Part shown: positions 11,927-24,762 of the stretch, piece after piece
How the letters are laid out: each line of letters starts with the position of its first letter
Position numbering within the stretch: the stretch's first letter is position 1
NCBI RefSeq assembly: GCF_009914755.1
Contig: NC_060944.1
Source: the human T2T-CHM13v2.0 reference genome, Homo sapiens
Strand: one strand, 5' to 3'
Length of the DNA: 64,000 bases
Position numbers and translations under genes: made by a program
Notes under the pieces: model-generated
Seen by the model: only the letters and a program-made list of their open reading frames with translations
The model's database searches: none
Told to the model about the DNA's origin: nothing

Positions 11927-14900
11927 GTGCTCATTAGGCTCTAGCATTTGAAAAGAAAGATACCTTGTTAAATGCATGAAAATAAAGTCTTTTTAAAAAA
12001 ATCAGACAGGAGTTGGCATCTGTGAATCTCTTGGAAGCAGTAACTCTCCTGATGACCTCTGACCTTCCAGCCTCATGTCATCCAACTTTATTAAAATACC
12101 AGACCAGTCATCCAAAAAGCTAGGGGGATACTAGCTCTTCACTACTCATGCTAATGGATGAAAAAGAGATGTGGTTTTAAAAGTTTTTTTCTCTTCAGCT
12201 TGATGAGCTATGTTTCTGTTTTGCTGGACTCTTGGATTGTGACCTGGATCTATAATAGGTAAGCTTCATGAACACCAGACAGAAACAGTAACTCTATCTC
12301 CTTCTCATAGAAACAAAAAGAGAACACTTCATGGGGGCTTTGTTTCTGAGAATGTAACTTGATTGATATTTAAAAGCCTTACACTGATTTTAATAGAGTC
12401 AAAAATACATAGTTTTCATACAGAAAAAGCACTACAGAAATTATTCGCATGATAAAATTTCAAAGATCTGCTCTCTGGAAGATGCTGCATAATACTTCAT
12501 AGTTGCTTTCAATAACACATTGTATCTGAGGCTCTCACAATCTTCTACAAACTAGCTGTGGCATTATCACTTTACAGACGTGAACTGGAAAACACAGGTT
12601 TAATTTGATTAAGATTCCATACAAGGTCAATGAAGGGGAACAGAAAATGAATGCCAGAAGGAGCTATTATCTTGCATAATACATGTCAATAGATGAAGAG
12701 GACAACTTAATTCAAAACAAAAGAGGAAACCCATTTGAAATCCAGAAGAAACTGCTAAGATTAAAGAAAATGAATAAATAAAAATACAACAACAATTTAA
12801 AAAACCCTGAGTAATGCAGCACCTCCAGTGAAGAACTCAGCCTACTCATACAGTGAATCTGAAAACAGAATGGCAATAATGTTCGTATATGATTGAAGAT
12901 CACATGCAGCAAATCTGTCCTTCTTCAGTATTACAAAGTACAAAAAATTTAGGTTTTTTATTCATATAATCTGTCATCATACAATTAAAACAAGGACTAA
13001 ATTTTCCTTTGGTTTTTGCTTTTCCCCTGCTCTCAACCCCAACTTCCCAGAATTTTATGGAACCCAGTGTCTTCTTGTCTGCTCAATTCCTAAGTTCTGT
13101 TTGTATTAACCTTAGGTTACTTCTATTTTATTCACAGACTTATCTTATATCTAATAATCAACAACTCCTTACCGCTTTAATTGGCTCACCACCCAAATGT
13201 ATATAAAGTATTCCTGAGGGGTCTTCAGTTGACAAGCACATCATTCTCCTTAAGGAGACATTAAGGTAAATAATTAACCAAATGAATGTGAGTGAACAGG
13301 GGGATTAGAAGGCTTAGCTGAATGATGGTTAAGGAATTCTTAAACTTTCTCACTAGGGTGATGGCTTTCAGGACTCTCAGTCTACCTAACTTAGTGCATT
13401 CTTTACTGATCTTGGTTTTTCAGAAAGTCTTTAAGAACATTTAAGCAATTATCAAATTTCTTCACAAAGAAAGTCTAACACATGAACCAGAAGACATATA
13501 GATATGTTCAAGAATGTTTACAGAGAAGTAGTCACAACAACAATAATTGGGAAACTACCCAAATATTCATCAACAGGATTCTGGAAACCTGATAAGGTGA
13601 CATGCCAAGTTTGTTATGAGACAACGTTGCTCATGCTTATGGTAAAAATGACACCCCTGACTCCCTGCCTCAATAAGTTGCATCTGGACAGGCAGAAATG
13701 ACAGCTGTCTGGTGGGAAGCCATAGCTTTAGGATTCTCTGAGTGAGATGACTGGTAACTCAGCAGGCTGTTGGGACTCTAGAAATTCTGCCTATGGAGTT
13801 GTTATAAGAGACACTGGCTCCCTTCTGGCACGGGATTCTAGGCCAGAGTGGTTCTCACACATGCCCATGTGGGGCTCAACTCTGTACGTTAGCTATCACC
13901 TGGAGAAGTGAGGCAAGAACAGCTCTCAGACAGCCGAGTGGACTGCTCCAGAGACTGCTTGGGGGGCTTCTCCAAGCCCTTGTGCCCTGCTGGCAAGCAG
14001 TGATTCTTGTCCTGTGTCCTTCCCAGGGAAACTGACGCTGAGCATGGGCTATGGGAGTTGTGAGTCTGAATGCATAGCTGGACCCAGGAGGACTTCCTGG
14101 TGAGTGTTGCAAATCATTCCTACTGAGGGTTAGATTAAGAAGAACTTTCACATTCCATGTATATATTGTTGAATAATGTCAATCTTTTATAATGAACATG
14201 TAATTTATTATTGGGGAAAAAAGATTACCAAAAGAAAACAAATCTCCATCAAGAGACCTGTCACACCAAACTGTTAAAAGTATATCCCCCAGGAGACCAC
14301 GGCTAAACTCCAGATGAAATGTGAATGGGCAGGATATCATTTTAGACAAAGTTCCAAAAGACTATAGGCTAACTAAAACTAAAGTGTTAAGGTGACAGAA
14401 GAGTCTATCTTGGCAAGCATATTCCTAATTCTGTATATTTTGAATTCCAGTGTGCTTTTCGATACTTCTTAGCTTGATTAAAATTTTGGAGCCTTGTATG
14501 GCTAGGTAAATTTAATATGTGTCATTTAAAAATATACTATCATCAAACATTTTGTTACCCTTGCAATTAAGAGAGCCAGAATAGTCTTCTACTTCCACAG
14601 AAATAATGAGCCCAATCTGGTGAAGGAGCGAAGTAAATAAAATATGTTCCCACTTGGCTATAAAATAGTCACCCATGAGAGGAAATTTTCAGGATCCTTT
14701 TGTATCAACCCTTTGGCTTTCCTGAAAGAGTTAGGTCTTTAGCAAATCAAGTGATTTCTAGGATGTTGTCAGGCCAAATAGTCCACTTGGAGGAGCAGAT
14801 TAGCATTATTTACAGAGATGGTAATAATATAAGCACTAATGAGAGCAATAATAATTGACAAATACGTAATAAACATTGATCTCAAGTCTCAACAAATACT

Positions 14901-15134
14901 TAGCAAGTATTGACTATGTGAAGCTGAGCTGCATAAGAGTAAAAAGAACTTTACAGGAAAAGAGACAGCTGATATTCAACTTAATTTTAAGCTTTATCTT
15001 AAAAATGTTAAATGGACAATGCTGTTGTGAGTGAAATAAGATTTAGATCTAGAATGACAGGCTACTGTGTTTTTAGAAATAATTCTTTTTTCCCATTTTT
15101 ATATTATTGTTGGTTTAGAAACAGAAAGTAGAGT

Positions 15135-15330
15135 GCAATGGCCTGGGACTGGCTTCTGCTCATCAATTGTTTGATACAAGGCAAGTTATTTACATCTCCC
15201 ACTCTTCAGTATCTGTCTCTGTAAAACAAGGAGGGTAACAGCCCCCACACTTCCCAGTGATGTCCGAGAACCACATGAGATGCACAGCACAGCACCTGGC
15301 CCACGGTCAGCACCTTGTAAGTGTTGGAGT
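15135..15330 (+). mobile_element. MIR
   Basis: MIR core ggcaagttattt...tctgtaaaa and the 3' agcacctggc segment. Confidence 0.65.
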
Positions 15331-15819
15331 TATGGCTATGGACACAAACAACAGCATGGCACACCTCGGGGTCTGTACCTTTCAACATGTGGTGTTTGTT
15401 TTAGGAGCTTACTACAAGGTTTCAAATCACCACTCTCATAGTCTGTTTTCCTTCAAATACATGAACACACGTGTTTGTGGGTTCTCCTTTATATATAACA
15501 TTCTTTTGTCCTTATGTGAGAGTAATTATAAGCCACAAAATTAAACACAACATGGAGAACCAATTTCCATTCTTAGCTAACATTGAGATCCTGAGCCTGT
15601 CTTCAGGAAAAGAGGCTTCTGCGAGCAGAAGTCGCCTATGAATAGAAATGGTCTGAAGACTGAAACTTAGCTAGAAATTGAAGCAGAAATAAAAGCACTT
15701 TACTTAGTGTAAAAGAAATAAAAAAATTTTTCTTAATTATTCCTGATCCAAACAATAACTTGTATTTTTAAGAGAAGGTTCATAATATCTTTCTCCTTTA
15801 AACTTTAGGCTTATATCCT

Positions 15820-16472
15820 TCATCTCTCTTGATAGTTCTAATTGGGTGTTTAAAAGTATCCTCAAATTAATGTCTAAAAAGAATTCTGGATTTGAGCTCT
15901 CTAGCACCCCAACCATCCATACTCGGTATGGCCATTAAAATGACCTTTTAAGTGTATAAATAAAACCACTTTGTTACCAGGCTTAATACTGTCCAGTGGC
16001 TTCCCATGCACTAGGAATACAGTTCAAGGCTCCACATGATAGAGTCCCTTCCTACCTCTTTGCCCACATTCCTCTACCATCCTCACCACTTTTCCAGGCC
16101 TTTTTGTTCTTGGAACAAACCAAACTTGGTTCTACTGCAGGGCCTTTGCACTTGCTCTTCCCGTGAGTTACAATGTACCCACCTCCAGATTTTCACGGCT
16201 GGCTCTTTCTCAGCATTCAGATCTCAGCACAAATTCCACTCTTTCAGAAAGGTGTGCCTGGTCTGCCCCACCTAAAGTAGTCCACTACCCAGCTCTCATG
16301 CCACACTATCACAAGGCCTGGTTTTATTCACTTTACACAAGCTGAAATTGCCTTATTTATTTGTTCACTGTTTATTCTCTCTACTTCATGAGAAGAGGGA
16401 ATGCAGCTGTCTTGTTCACAATGTGTTCACCATGCAGAGTTGCTCAATACAGATGAGTGAATTAATGAATGA
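15820..16472 (+). mobile_element. L2 3' fragment
   Basis: cagggcctttgcacttgct...tgctcaata..tgaattaatgaatga terminus. Confidence 0.7.
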
Positions 16473-17506
16473 CACCAACTTGATTTTCTTCATTTGAAGG
16501 TTTTTTAAAACATGTTTGTAATACACCCTTTTTCCTCTGGAAAATACTCTCATGTATGTGATAATCTGTGTTCATTCATTTTGCCTGGTACCAAGTAACT
16601 TCTTCGACTCACTGGTTCATGTCATTCTTAACCTTGGGTATGTTTTCTTCTATTATATCTTTAAAGATTGTTTCTGTTATGTTCATTCTGGAGTTTTCTT
16701 TAAAAACACAGATTAGAGTTGTATATTGGTGCTCTGAAAACTCTTTTAAATATCTCTCAGCTAATGTATCAACTAGAATGCCACCTTGTCAGGAGCCCAA
16801 CCCTGAAACAACCTTGTACTAAAGTGTGCCCAACACCTTCTGCCCCACCATTCTTTATTGCTAATTTTCATATAAGGCATGTAACTCACTTTAAATGGTA
16901 ACTGCAACACTGCATGCTTACTCTTAAAGTGCTAGCTATTATTTTCTCCTTGTTTACTGTCTGCCCCATATTTAAGATATATAGAAGAAGAAATTTTTGT
17001 TCTTGTCTGTCACAGTCTTACTGGAATCCAGAAAAATGTGCCTACACAGAATGGGTTGAAGTAATCAAATAATCAATATAAAATAAATACATCCTGGAAT
17101 GAATGTGTGTGTGTGTATATAAAGTCTGAGTGCTTTTATTTCATGGAAATTGCTTTTGCTAGGTATTGCTTTGGGAATTCAGTGAGTTTAATTAAATACG
17201 CAAAATCCGTCCGTTATTAAAATACTGATGTAGTAACTTAAAACCAAGTGGTTAATGAGCTGCAAAGCTCACTTTAAAAACAAGCTGCTCTGTACATTTC
17301 ATATGTACACAATACTTCTTTTAATTGTCAATATTGATTTCAGCCACGAAAATTAAACTGCAGAAACAAACTTAATAACTTGATTTTGATGTTATTACTG
17401 TTACAAGAAGCCTCTTGGGAACAAATTCCCACTTGAAGTTTCCTAAATTTTTAATAAAAGACTAGAGAGTGTGACAGCTTAGTAACAGAATTTCAGAGAT
17501 AGCTTA

Positions 17507-17887
17507 AGATATGGTTTGGATGTGTGTTCCTTCCAAATCTCATGTTGAAATATGATCCCCAATGTTGGAGGTGGGGCCTAGTAGGAGGTGTTGGATCTTG
17601 AGGGCAGATTCCTCACAAACAGCTTGATGGTATCCCATGGTAATGAGTACCTTGAGATCTGATTGTGAAAAAGAGTCTAGGACCCCCTCCTTTCTCTCTT
17701 GCTCCCTGTCTCCCCATGTGACACACTGGGTCCCCTTCATATTCCACCATGATTGGAAGCTTCCTGAGGCCCTCACCAGAAGTGCTTCATGTAGAGCCTG
17801 CAGAACTGTAAGTCAAATAAACCTCTTTTCTTCATAAATTACCCAGTCTCTGGTAATCCTTTATAGCAATGCAAACAAACTAACACA
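17507..17887 (+). mobile_element. MST (MSTB-like) MaLR solo LTR
   Basis: gatatggtttggatgtgtg...actaacaca; 5-bp TSD gctta on both sides. Confidence 0.9.
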
Positions 17888-18885
17888 GCTTAATTCTACC
17901 TGAGCTCAAGATTCTTCTATACACCAGGGAACTATTTTATTTACAAAAAGCTATTTCTCTTTGTATTTTATATCAGATTTTAAAAAGGGTGGAAGCCATG
18001 AGAATGTTAAGGAAACATTATTTAATGTGAACCAAATTAGTGAACCAAATTTCTAACTATATTTTAAAATGTCATAAAAAACCATAAAAATAGTGCTCAA
18101 AACCAATAATTGGTGAAAGCAGGCTAGTTAGACAATGACTGTTGATTGATCTGCAGTCAGTTCAACACAAAATTCCCAGAAAGCTGGACCTAGATAATGC
18201 TTCCTTTAGTTGAAGTAAAATCATCTTCATCATCATCATTACTTGGAAAACACACATTCCTTCTAGGAATACTTTGCTTAAAATTACTTGAGAAACCTGT
18301 GTTTGTTCAAAAAGGAAAAGACGACTAATGTATTAATACCCTCTGGATATTTGATCTGATGCATGAAATGCTTTCTGGTCTCTAGATAATTCTGCATTTT
18401 CTATCTACCTTTCCCTCTACGTTCAATGGCAAAATAACTGTTATGACTTGACTTCTCATTAAGTATAAGACTAAGCATGAATGTAGTCTTTCTTTTTTAA
18501 AGAAAAAAGTGTAAATCTATATGAAGAAGTTATTTTAATTTTAATAGGTCTCATAATTGAGAAGTTATAAATTGATTAAAATATGTATTTAAAATTTACC
18601 ATAAAATTTATGAGAAGGATGGAGTTCACTTACTGTCATTGTAATATCACTTTCAAAATCTTCTGTTAAGAAAATGTTTAAATTGTGTAGAACAGAAATG
18701 GAACAAAGAAGAAAAAATTTAAAGTTATCTTTGATAAATGGGTTATTGAAGTAAGACTTAGTGACACTAATAAGCTAGTATCTGAAAGAGAGAGACAGAG
18801 AGAGAGATAACATTGCTAATGCAATCAGCTCATTTACTTTATAAAATGAATGCTCTTAATCGGAGATAATAATTTCATAACTTAC

Positions 18886-18975
18886 CTCTGCATACTTTAA
18901 CTTCAATGTTTTATGCATTTCTCGAAAACGACTGTAACGCCTGAATACAGTCCATGTCTCATCTAGGACAGTAAT
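18886..18975 (-). CDS. KIF16B: KIF16B exon (90 nt, ITVLDETWTVFRRYSRFREMHKTLKLKYAE; PX-domain RRYSxF PI3P-binding motif; probably exon 24)
   Basis: Manual translation (not in the ORF track); acceptor ttttcctggttaatag|A, donor GAG|gtaagt; canonical PX RRYS motif. Confidence 0.96.
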
Positions 18976-19489
18976 CTATTAACCAGGAAAACCAAAATGA
19001 ATAAGCATTAAGAAGCAAAAGTCACTAAAATTTTTCAAAAGAATTTAAAAATTAAATTTAAAAAAAGTGATTAGCATGTAAAATTTCTCTAGAACTGAAA
19101 ACATTAATCTAGCTGCATAAATACAACTTAGAAATAATAAATGTACTTTACTTAAACATGCAGCTTTGGCTCTCAGATCTTGTTACAGGCAGCTTGTCTA
19201 TGTAAAGTGAAGGGCAGATGGTCATCTCTTAATTGGTTATAAAAAGTGTCCCTTTTTATAGAAACACTTTTAAAGAAGAGGAGGTGGAAGAGGAAAAAAA
19301 TCTCACTGCCTCTCAGTCATTGTTAGTATAATAACACAACAGTATATTTTGCTTTTTTTCAGAGGGAGAATAATCAATTCAGCCTTTAATAGGCTAGCTG
19401 GAGTGGAAACTCTGTTGCACATCAGCTCACATATGAAAGGTCACAGTGACAAGAAGAGGCAGGTAGACCACATCAGCCTTTACAATCAC

Positions 19490-20175
19490 ACCTAAAGCAC
19501 AGGCCAATGAATCTCCAATTCCTTTCTCCACTTCCCACCTTTCTTCTGCGCTCTAGACCCACATACCCAACTTGGCACATCTTTCTTCCCATGTCACCCA
19601 GGAACCTCCAATTCAATTTGTCCAAAACCATACTCAACATATTCCCTCCAGTCCCAGCTCTGGTGTTCTCCATTTCAAAGCATTCTACCACCACCTACCC
19701 AGCAATGCCAGCCAGAGATGCTGAAGTCATCCCTGACCTCCCTTCTCTTCCTATCCCTGCATTCAAGCAAGTGCTAAGTCTTGCTCCTTTTGCCTTCTAA
19801 ACATTTCTTAGAACTTTATCCTTCCATCCTTTGCCATCAGCACCATTTGACTTTAGGCCTTTGGGTCTCCTGTGGACTCTGCAAGAGCATCTCCCAACTG
19901 TCCACCCCACATCTGCCCTCTCCAATCCCTTTTCTGCATGACTGAAAACAGATCTTTTAGAACTCAAATCTAACCATTTGATTTGGGAGGTGACCCTCCT
20001 TAAGGCGAGCTTCATGCTGCTCATAGAAAAAGACCTACATTTTTAACCTGCCCACAGCAGCCTGTCTGCAGGCCTCTCCTGCTAGGTGTCTTCACTCCTG
20101 CTGCATCCCTGAATGCGCATATTCTCTGCCACCTCAGGGCCTTTGCACGGGCCATGCTCCTTTATGGGAACTTAA
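19490..20175 (+). mobile_element. L2 fragment
   Basis: ctcaaa/tgtccaaaacc and ctcagggcctttgcac motifs; pyrimidine-rich. Confidence 0.65.
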
Positions 20176-20999
20176 CTTGCACATAAGGGAAATGCTCTTC
20201 TCAAGCACAATAATTCAGCCTGATTCTCCCGCAGGTAAATCATAGGGCCATCAGTAGAAAGTAGAAACAAGAAAGAGAGAAGACACAGGTGGGCAGCTTT
20301 GTAAGGAGGAGTGAGTCTGAGTCCCAGCCATTCTTTCATTCGCTCACTTCCCAAAAGTGGCAAATGAGATGATCTAGGGTGTATGAGGATGTACATTTTT
20401 AAATTTTTCATCATTCTGGTTCTGTACTCATTTTTTACAATAACTTTTCAATTGTGGCAGGTTTCTTATGAGTTTCCTTGAAAAAGACATTTCCATAAGA
20501 AAACAAAAGTGAATGTATTTACAGAAAATCATTACAAACAAGAGTGGAGGTGCTCTGCAGTAGTAAGCATTTAAAGCTGGCAAGCACGTCACTTGAGCTT
20601 GGGAAACCCTGCTCCTGGCTGTGAGCTGGTTGGCCTTCCTCTCTGGCTTGCTCCTCCTCAGCAGACCCCACTGAGGCACTGAGAGCAAGGCCAGCACAAT
20701 CAGTGAGGATGTGGGGGCTTCCTCCGGCCCACAGCCCAACAATCCACAGTCTTGGCTGGACACAAACCAGGTGGCAAAGACAAAACTGGAGCACAAGTGG
20801 GCCCTGCTGCCTTCCAACAGGGCATGCTGCAGCCTGTTTGCACAGAAAAGCCCAGGAAGTTAATGGAACCACTTCATGACCTGTGAGTAGTAAGATGCAG
20901 GATGTTTCACAGGTGAGACTATACTATACTGGGACTCAAGATTCCTCAGAAAGCCACCTCCAAAAGCCTAGGTTTCTCACATTCCTCAGACTGATGTTC

Positions 21000-23480
21000 C
21001 TGGCTCTCCTTCCTTCTCCTGAAATGCTTCCACTGCACTTCTTGGGCTCATGGGCAATCATCAGCAAAATCCCCCAGGACCTCAGCCTCTTCTGGAACAT
21101 CCCTTTCATCTTTGCTGTAACTGAAACCCGGCTCTCCCGTGAGGAAGCACTTCCGTGGCAATGCTCTCCAGCCGGGACTGTCTTCTCCCCCCACACTCTT
21201 CATCCTACCGTGCTGGGATGGCGGTCGATACTCTTGTTCTTCACTCCAACTTCCAAATAACTGCTCCTGTATCCTCTCTGAACTCTCTACTCTGTGAGCA
21301 TAGTGCTTTCAGACCCTGCTGCTCTACCCTCCTCCTTGCAGGCAGCCATTCACCCTGGTTGCTTCCCCAATTCCTTGAAGGTTTAGAGTCTACTCACTGT
21401 CATCTGCTTCAGCCCTATTGATCTCCTGCATGATTCTTGGTAATTTCATTAATCACCCAGATGATCCCTCCAACACCCTGACCTCTAATGTCCTTTTACC
21501 TCTGCCCTGGTTTCTTCCTCACTCAACTTGAAAACCATGAGAAATCCTCATAAGCACAAAACCTCAAATCTGTCCCACTCTTGAAATTCTCTGGACAAAA
21601 ATAACTCACTACTCTTGTTAAAACCAACTGTCTGCTCACTCCCTGCCTGCACCTGCCCAGCAGAATGGGGCTGAGGAATAACACGCCACCAAACAGACTG
21701 ATCTCATTTTAAAGTCACAATTGCCACCATCAAGTGGCAATTGATGACACCCACCAATCATGCCACGTTTTCCAATTCTGTGCACTCTTCCATTCTCTTA
21801 CAAAATGATTACTCCTCTTTGTCCTCAAGTCTTTAACACCTCTCTCCATCCTCTCAGCTGACAACCTTAAGTCCTTAAAACAAAATTCCAGGGAATAGTG
21901 GGAAGAAATTGATGACATCAAAAATTTTTCAGGAATTTTGTTTTAATGGAAAGGACAGAAGTGGAGTGGCAGACGGAAGGGAAAGGCAAGTCGAAATGGG
22001 AGTTTAAGATGAGAGAAATAATGGTGCGTTTAAATGCTCATGGAGTAATATGACAGAAAGGAGGCTGTGTTGGTGCAGGAGAGGAGAAAATTGTTAATTG
22101 CGGTGTCTTTCAGAAATCTACTCACCATTCCACCCAGACTACTCTTACCAAGGTTAGCAATGGCTTCTGTATTGCTAAATCCACTGGTCAATTTTTGGTT
22201 TTGATCGTACTCAGTCTATGGGAAGGATCTGACGTAGCTGTCTGATAGCGTTCTCCTCCTTCAAACATCTTTTTCATTTATTTCAGCTTCCACTGCTACA
22301 CTTTTATCTTAGTTTTCTTTTCATCTGGGATTTCTCATCTCCCTGACTTCTAAACATCGAGTCCTCCAGGGCTCAATCTTGAACATGTTTTATTTTCTAC
22401 CTGCACTCACTGCTTTGGTGACCTCATCCCATCTCACGGCATAAATTTACATGTGGATGACTCCCTGGATGCCTGTACCTCTCTCCTGAACCCAGACTCG
22501 TATATCCGACTGGCTACTTGACAAGCTGGCCTACTCAGATGTCTAATACGCATCTCACACTTATCATGGCTGCACTTACCAAAATTAATCTCATTCGAAC
22601 CTGCTCCCTTTCCCCATCTCAGTAAATGACAATGCTATTCTTCTCCCTGTTCCATGCAAAAACTCTGGCATCATCCTTGATGTTTGTCTTTCCTGTTCAC
22701 ATCTCACATCCAGTCAGTCGGTGAATCCCTTCTTGCCAAGCTTCCAAAATAGAATGAGAAAATGGCCATTTCTCACTATCTCCACTGTTCATATGTTGGT
22801 CACCATCTTCTCTTGCCTGGATTATTTTTAACAGCCTCCTAGTTGGTCTCCTTGCTTATAGTCTTGCCTCCTTCCTTCATTTTTTTCTCAACACAGGAGC
22901 CTAAGTGATCTTGTTAAACATTAAGTGTGATGGGGCCATTTCTTTGCTCATATGAAGCATCCTCATAACATGTCCCATCTCACTCAGGGTATGAGTTCGA
23001 GTTCTTCCAGTGAGCTACAAGGATTTCTACAATCTGTCTCCTCCCTGGCTCTTCCACAACCACTTTCTTCCTTGCTCATCTAGGGTATACCCAAGATGCT
23101 ACACAGCAAGTATGGCCTTAGAGACTTTGCATATGCTTTTCCTCTTTCTGGAATGTTCATTTCCCACATTTTCACATGACTAGCTCCCTCATTTCCTTCA
23201 AGTCTTTGCTCAAAAGTCACTTTCTTAGTGATTTCCCTGTTGGATATCCTATCTAAAATTGCATCCTCTTTCCCATTCAACACTGCTTACTCTTCTTCCC
23301 TAAATTATTTTTCTCCTTAGCACTTCTGATTACCTAACATGGTCTGGATTTACTAATATATCTTGTTTCTTGCCTCTCTTCCCCACTAGAATGTAAGCTC
23401 TAAGGAGAGCTAAGATTTTTACCTGTTGGTCACTGCACCTTAGAACAGAACTTGACACATCACAGGCATTCTGAAGAGTT
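21000..23480 (+). mobile_element. Long, rearranged L2 with endonuclease and RT remnants and 3' end
   Basis: Fossil motifs AVTETRLS (APE TETWL), MILGNFINHPDDPSN (GDFN motif), RT-like STETALxKV..DL segment near 22130, and tagaatgtaagctc 3' end. Confidence 0.7.
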
Positions 23481-24105
23481 GGAAAGGGGAGCCCCCAGAT
23501 GGACTTGTCTTCAATATACTCTGCCTCTTAGTGACAATGAATCAGCAATGGCTTTTTTAAATCTCTCTGTGCAGGCCTCAAACAAAATCAGGATAAAGGA
23601 ACTGGACACTCAGCTTGTGGGGCTTTAGCCTATGGTGTTTTCCTCTTTGTTGCTTTCACAGCTAATTAATGTTGCACCATTTTTTGAAATCTCTGAATAG
23701 TGAAATGGTACTTCGAACCTGCCTCACAATTTTGGGTATCATTCTTCTTTCCCACAGTGGCCCCAGTGGTCCTTATAAGTGATATCAACTTCTCTAATGA
23801 ACTGCATACACCAAATGCTGGGGAGAACATGATGATATAGCTAAGTGATTTCCTAGGCAATAGATATAAAAGGCATTTGGGCACAAGATGACAAGACAGC
23901 AAGAAGAAGATAAAATCCCCGTCTAAGAATGTTCCCCCAAAAGCATCCAATACACCCCCTTCTGCCTTAATACCACCCTCCACCCTTGAGTGCTTATAAT
24001 AGAAGGTGGGATGCTACCATTGTGTGTGTGTGGAGCTGGGAGGAGAAAGAAAGATGGCCCAATGTGGAAAGAACTTAGCCTGCCCAAAGCTACCTTTTCT
24101 ATGTA

Positions 24106-24306
24106 CAGTTAAATCCACACTTAACATCGGCAATAGTTCCTGGAAACTAACTTTAGGCAAAACAACATACAGCCAAACCACATTTTCTCATCAACGCTGT
24201 AAAAAAATGATGTTGAATGAAATGATGTCATTTGAGGACCTGCTATAGTTGGTTTGCTTAAAGTTGCAGTTTCCAAGAACCTAACAATGATGTTATAAAC
24301 TTACTG
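24106..24306. mobile_element. MER6B-like TcMar-Tigger MITE
   Basis: Long terminal inverted repeats (cagt...actg) flanked by TA duplications. Confidence 0.75.
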
Positions 24307-24590
24307 TATTCCTCTGAATTGAGCTTAGTGAGGTCAGTGAAGGTATCAGAGGAGTCTTTTTGTGACTCTTCTGGTGACTCCAGGAATCCTACCATTAATG
24401 ACAGAGAGGGGACTCTCTGGAACCATTAACCCTGTGTATATAATACGGTCTCAAAAATGATGAACAATGAAAATCATTACTGGCATATTCTGGGTAGTGA
24501 TTTTTGCCTCTTAACTTACTTGATATTTTAATAAACTCACATACAGACCTCAATGACTTCTGCCCTCGATATTTCAGTTTACTGTCTAAA

Positions 24591-24762
24591 CCAGTGGTTA
24601 GCAGCATCAGCTGCACTGGGGCACTTGTTAGAAATGCATGTTCTGAGGTCTCACCCACAGCTCCTTCATCAGAAACTCTGGGCTGGGGCCCAGCAGTCTG
24701 TTCTGACCAACCCTCCAGGGAACTGTGATGCAGGTTAAGGTCCGAGCAGCCTGACTATAAAC
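24591..24762. mobile_element. MER5A
   Basis: cagcatcag...acttgttagaaatgca...atcagaaactctggg..ggggcccagcagtctg. Confidence 0.8.

Noticed and set aside
1-18885. Looked for the next PX exon (LAALEFPPKKLFG...)
   Set aside because: Not found by eye; it most likely lies beyond the left edge of the window.
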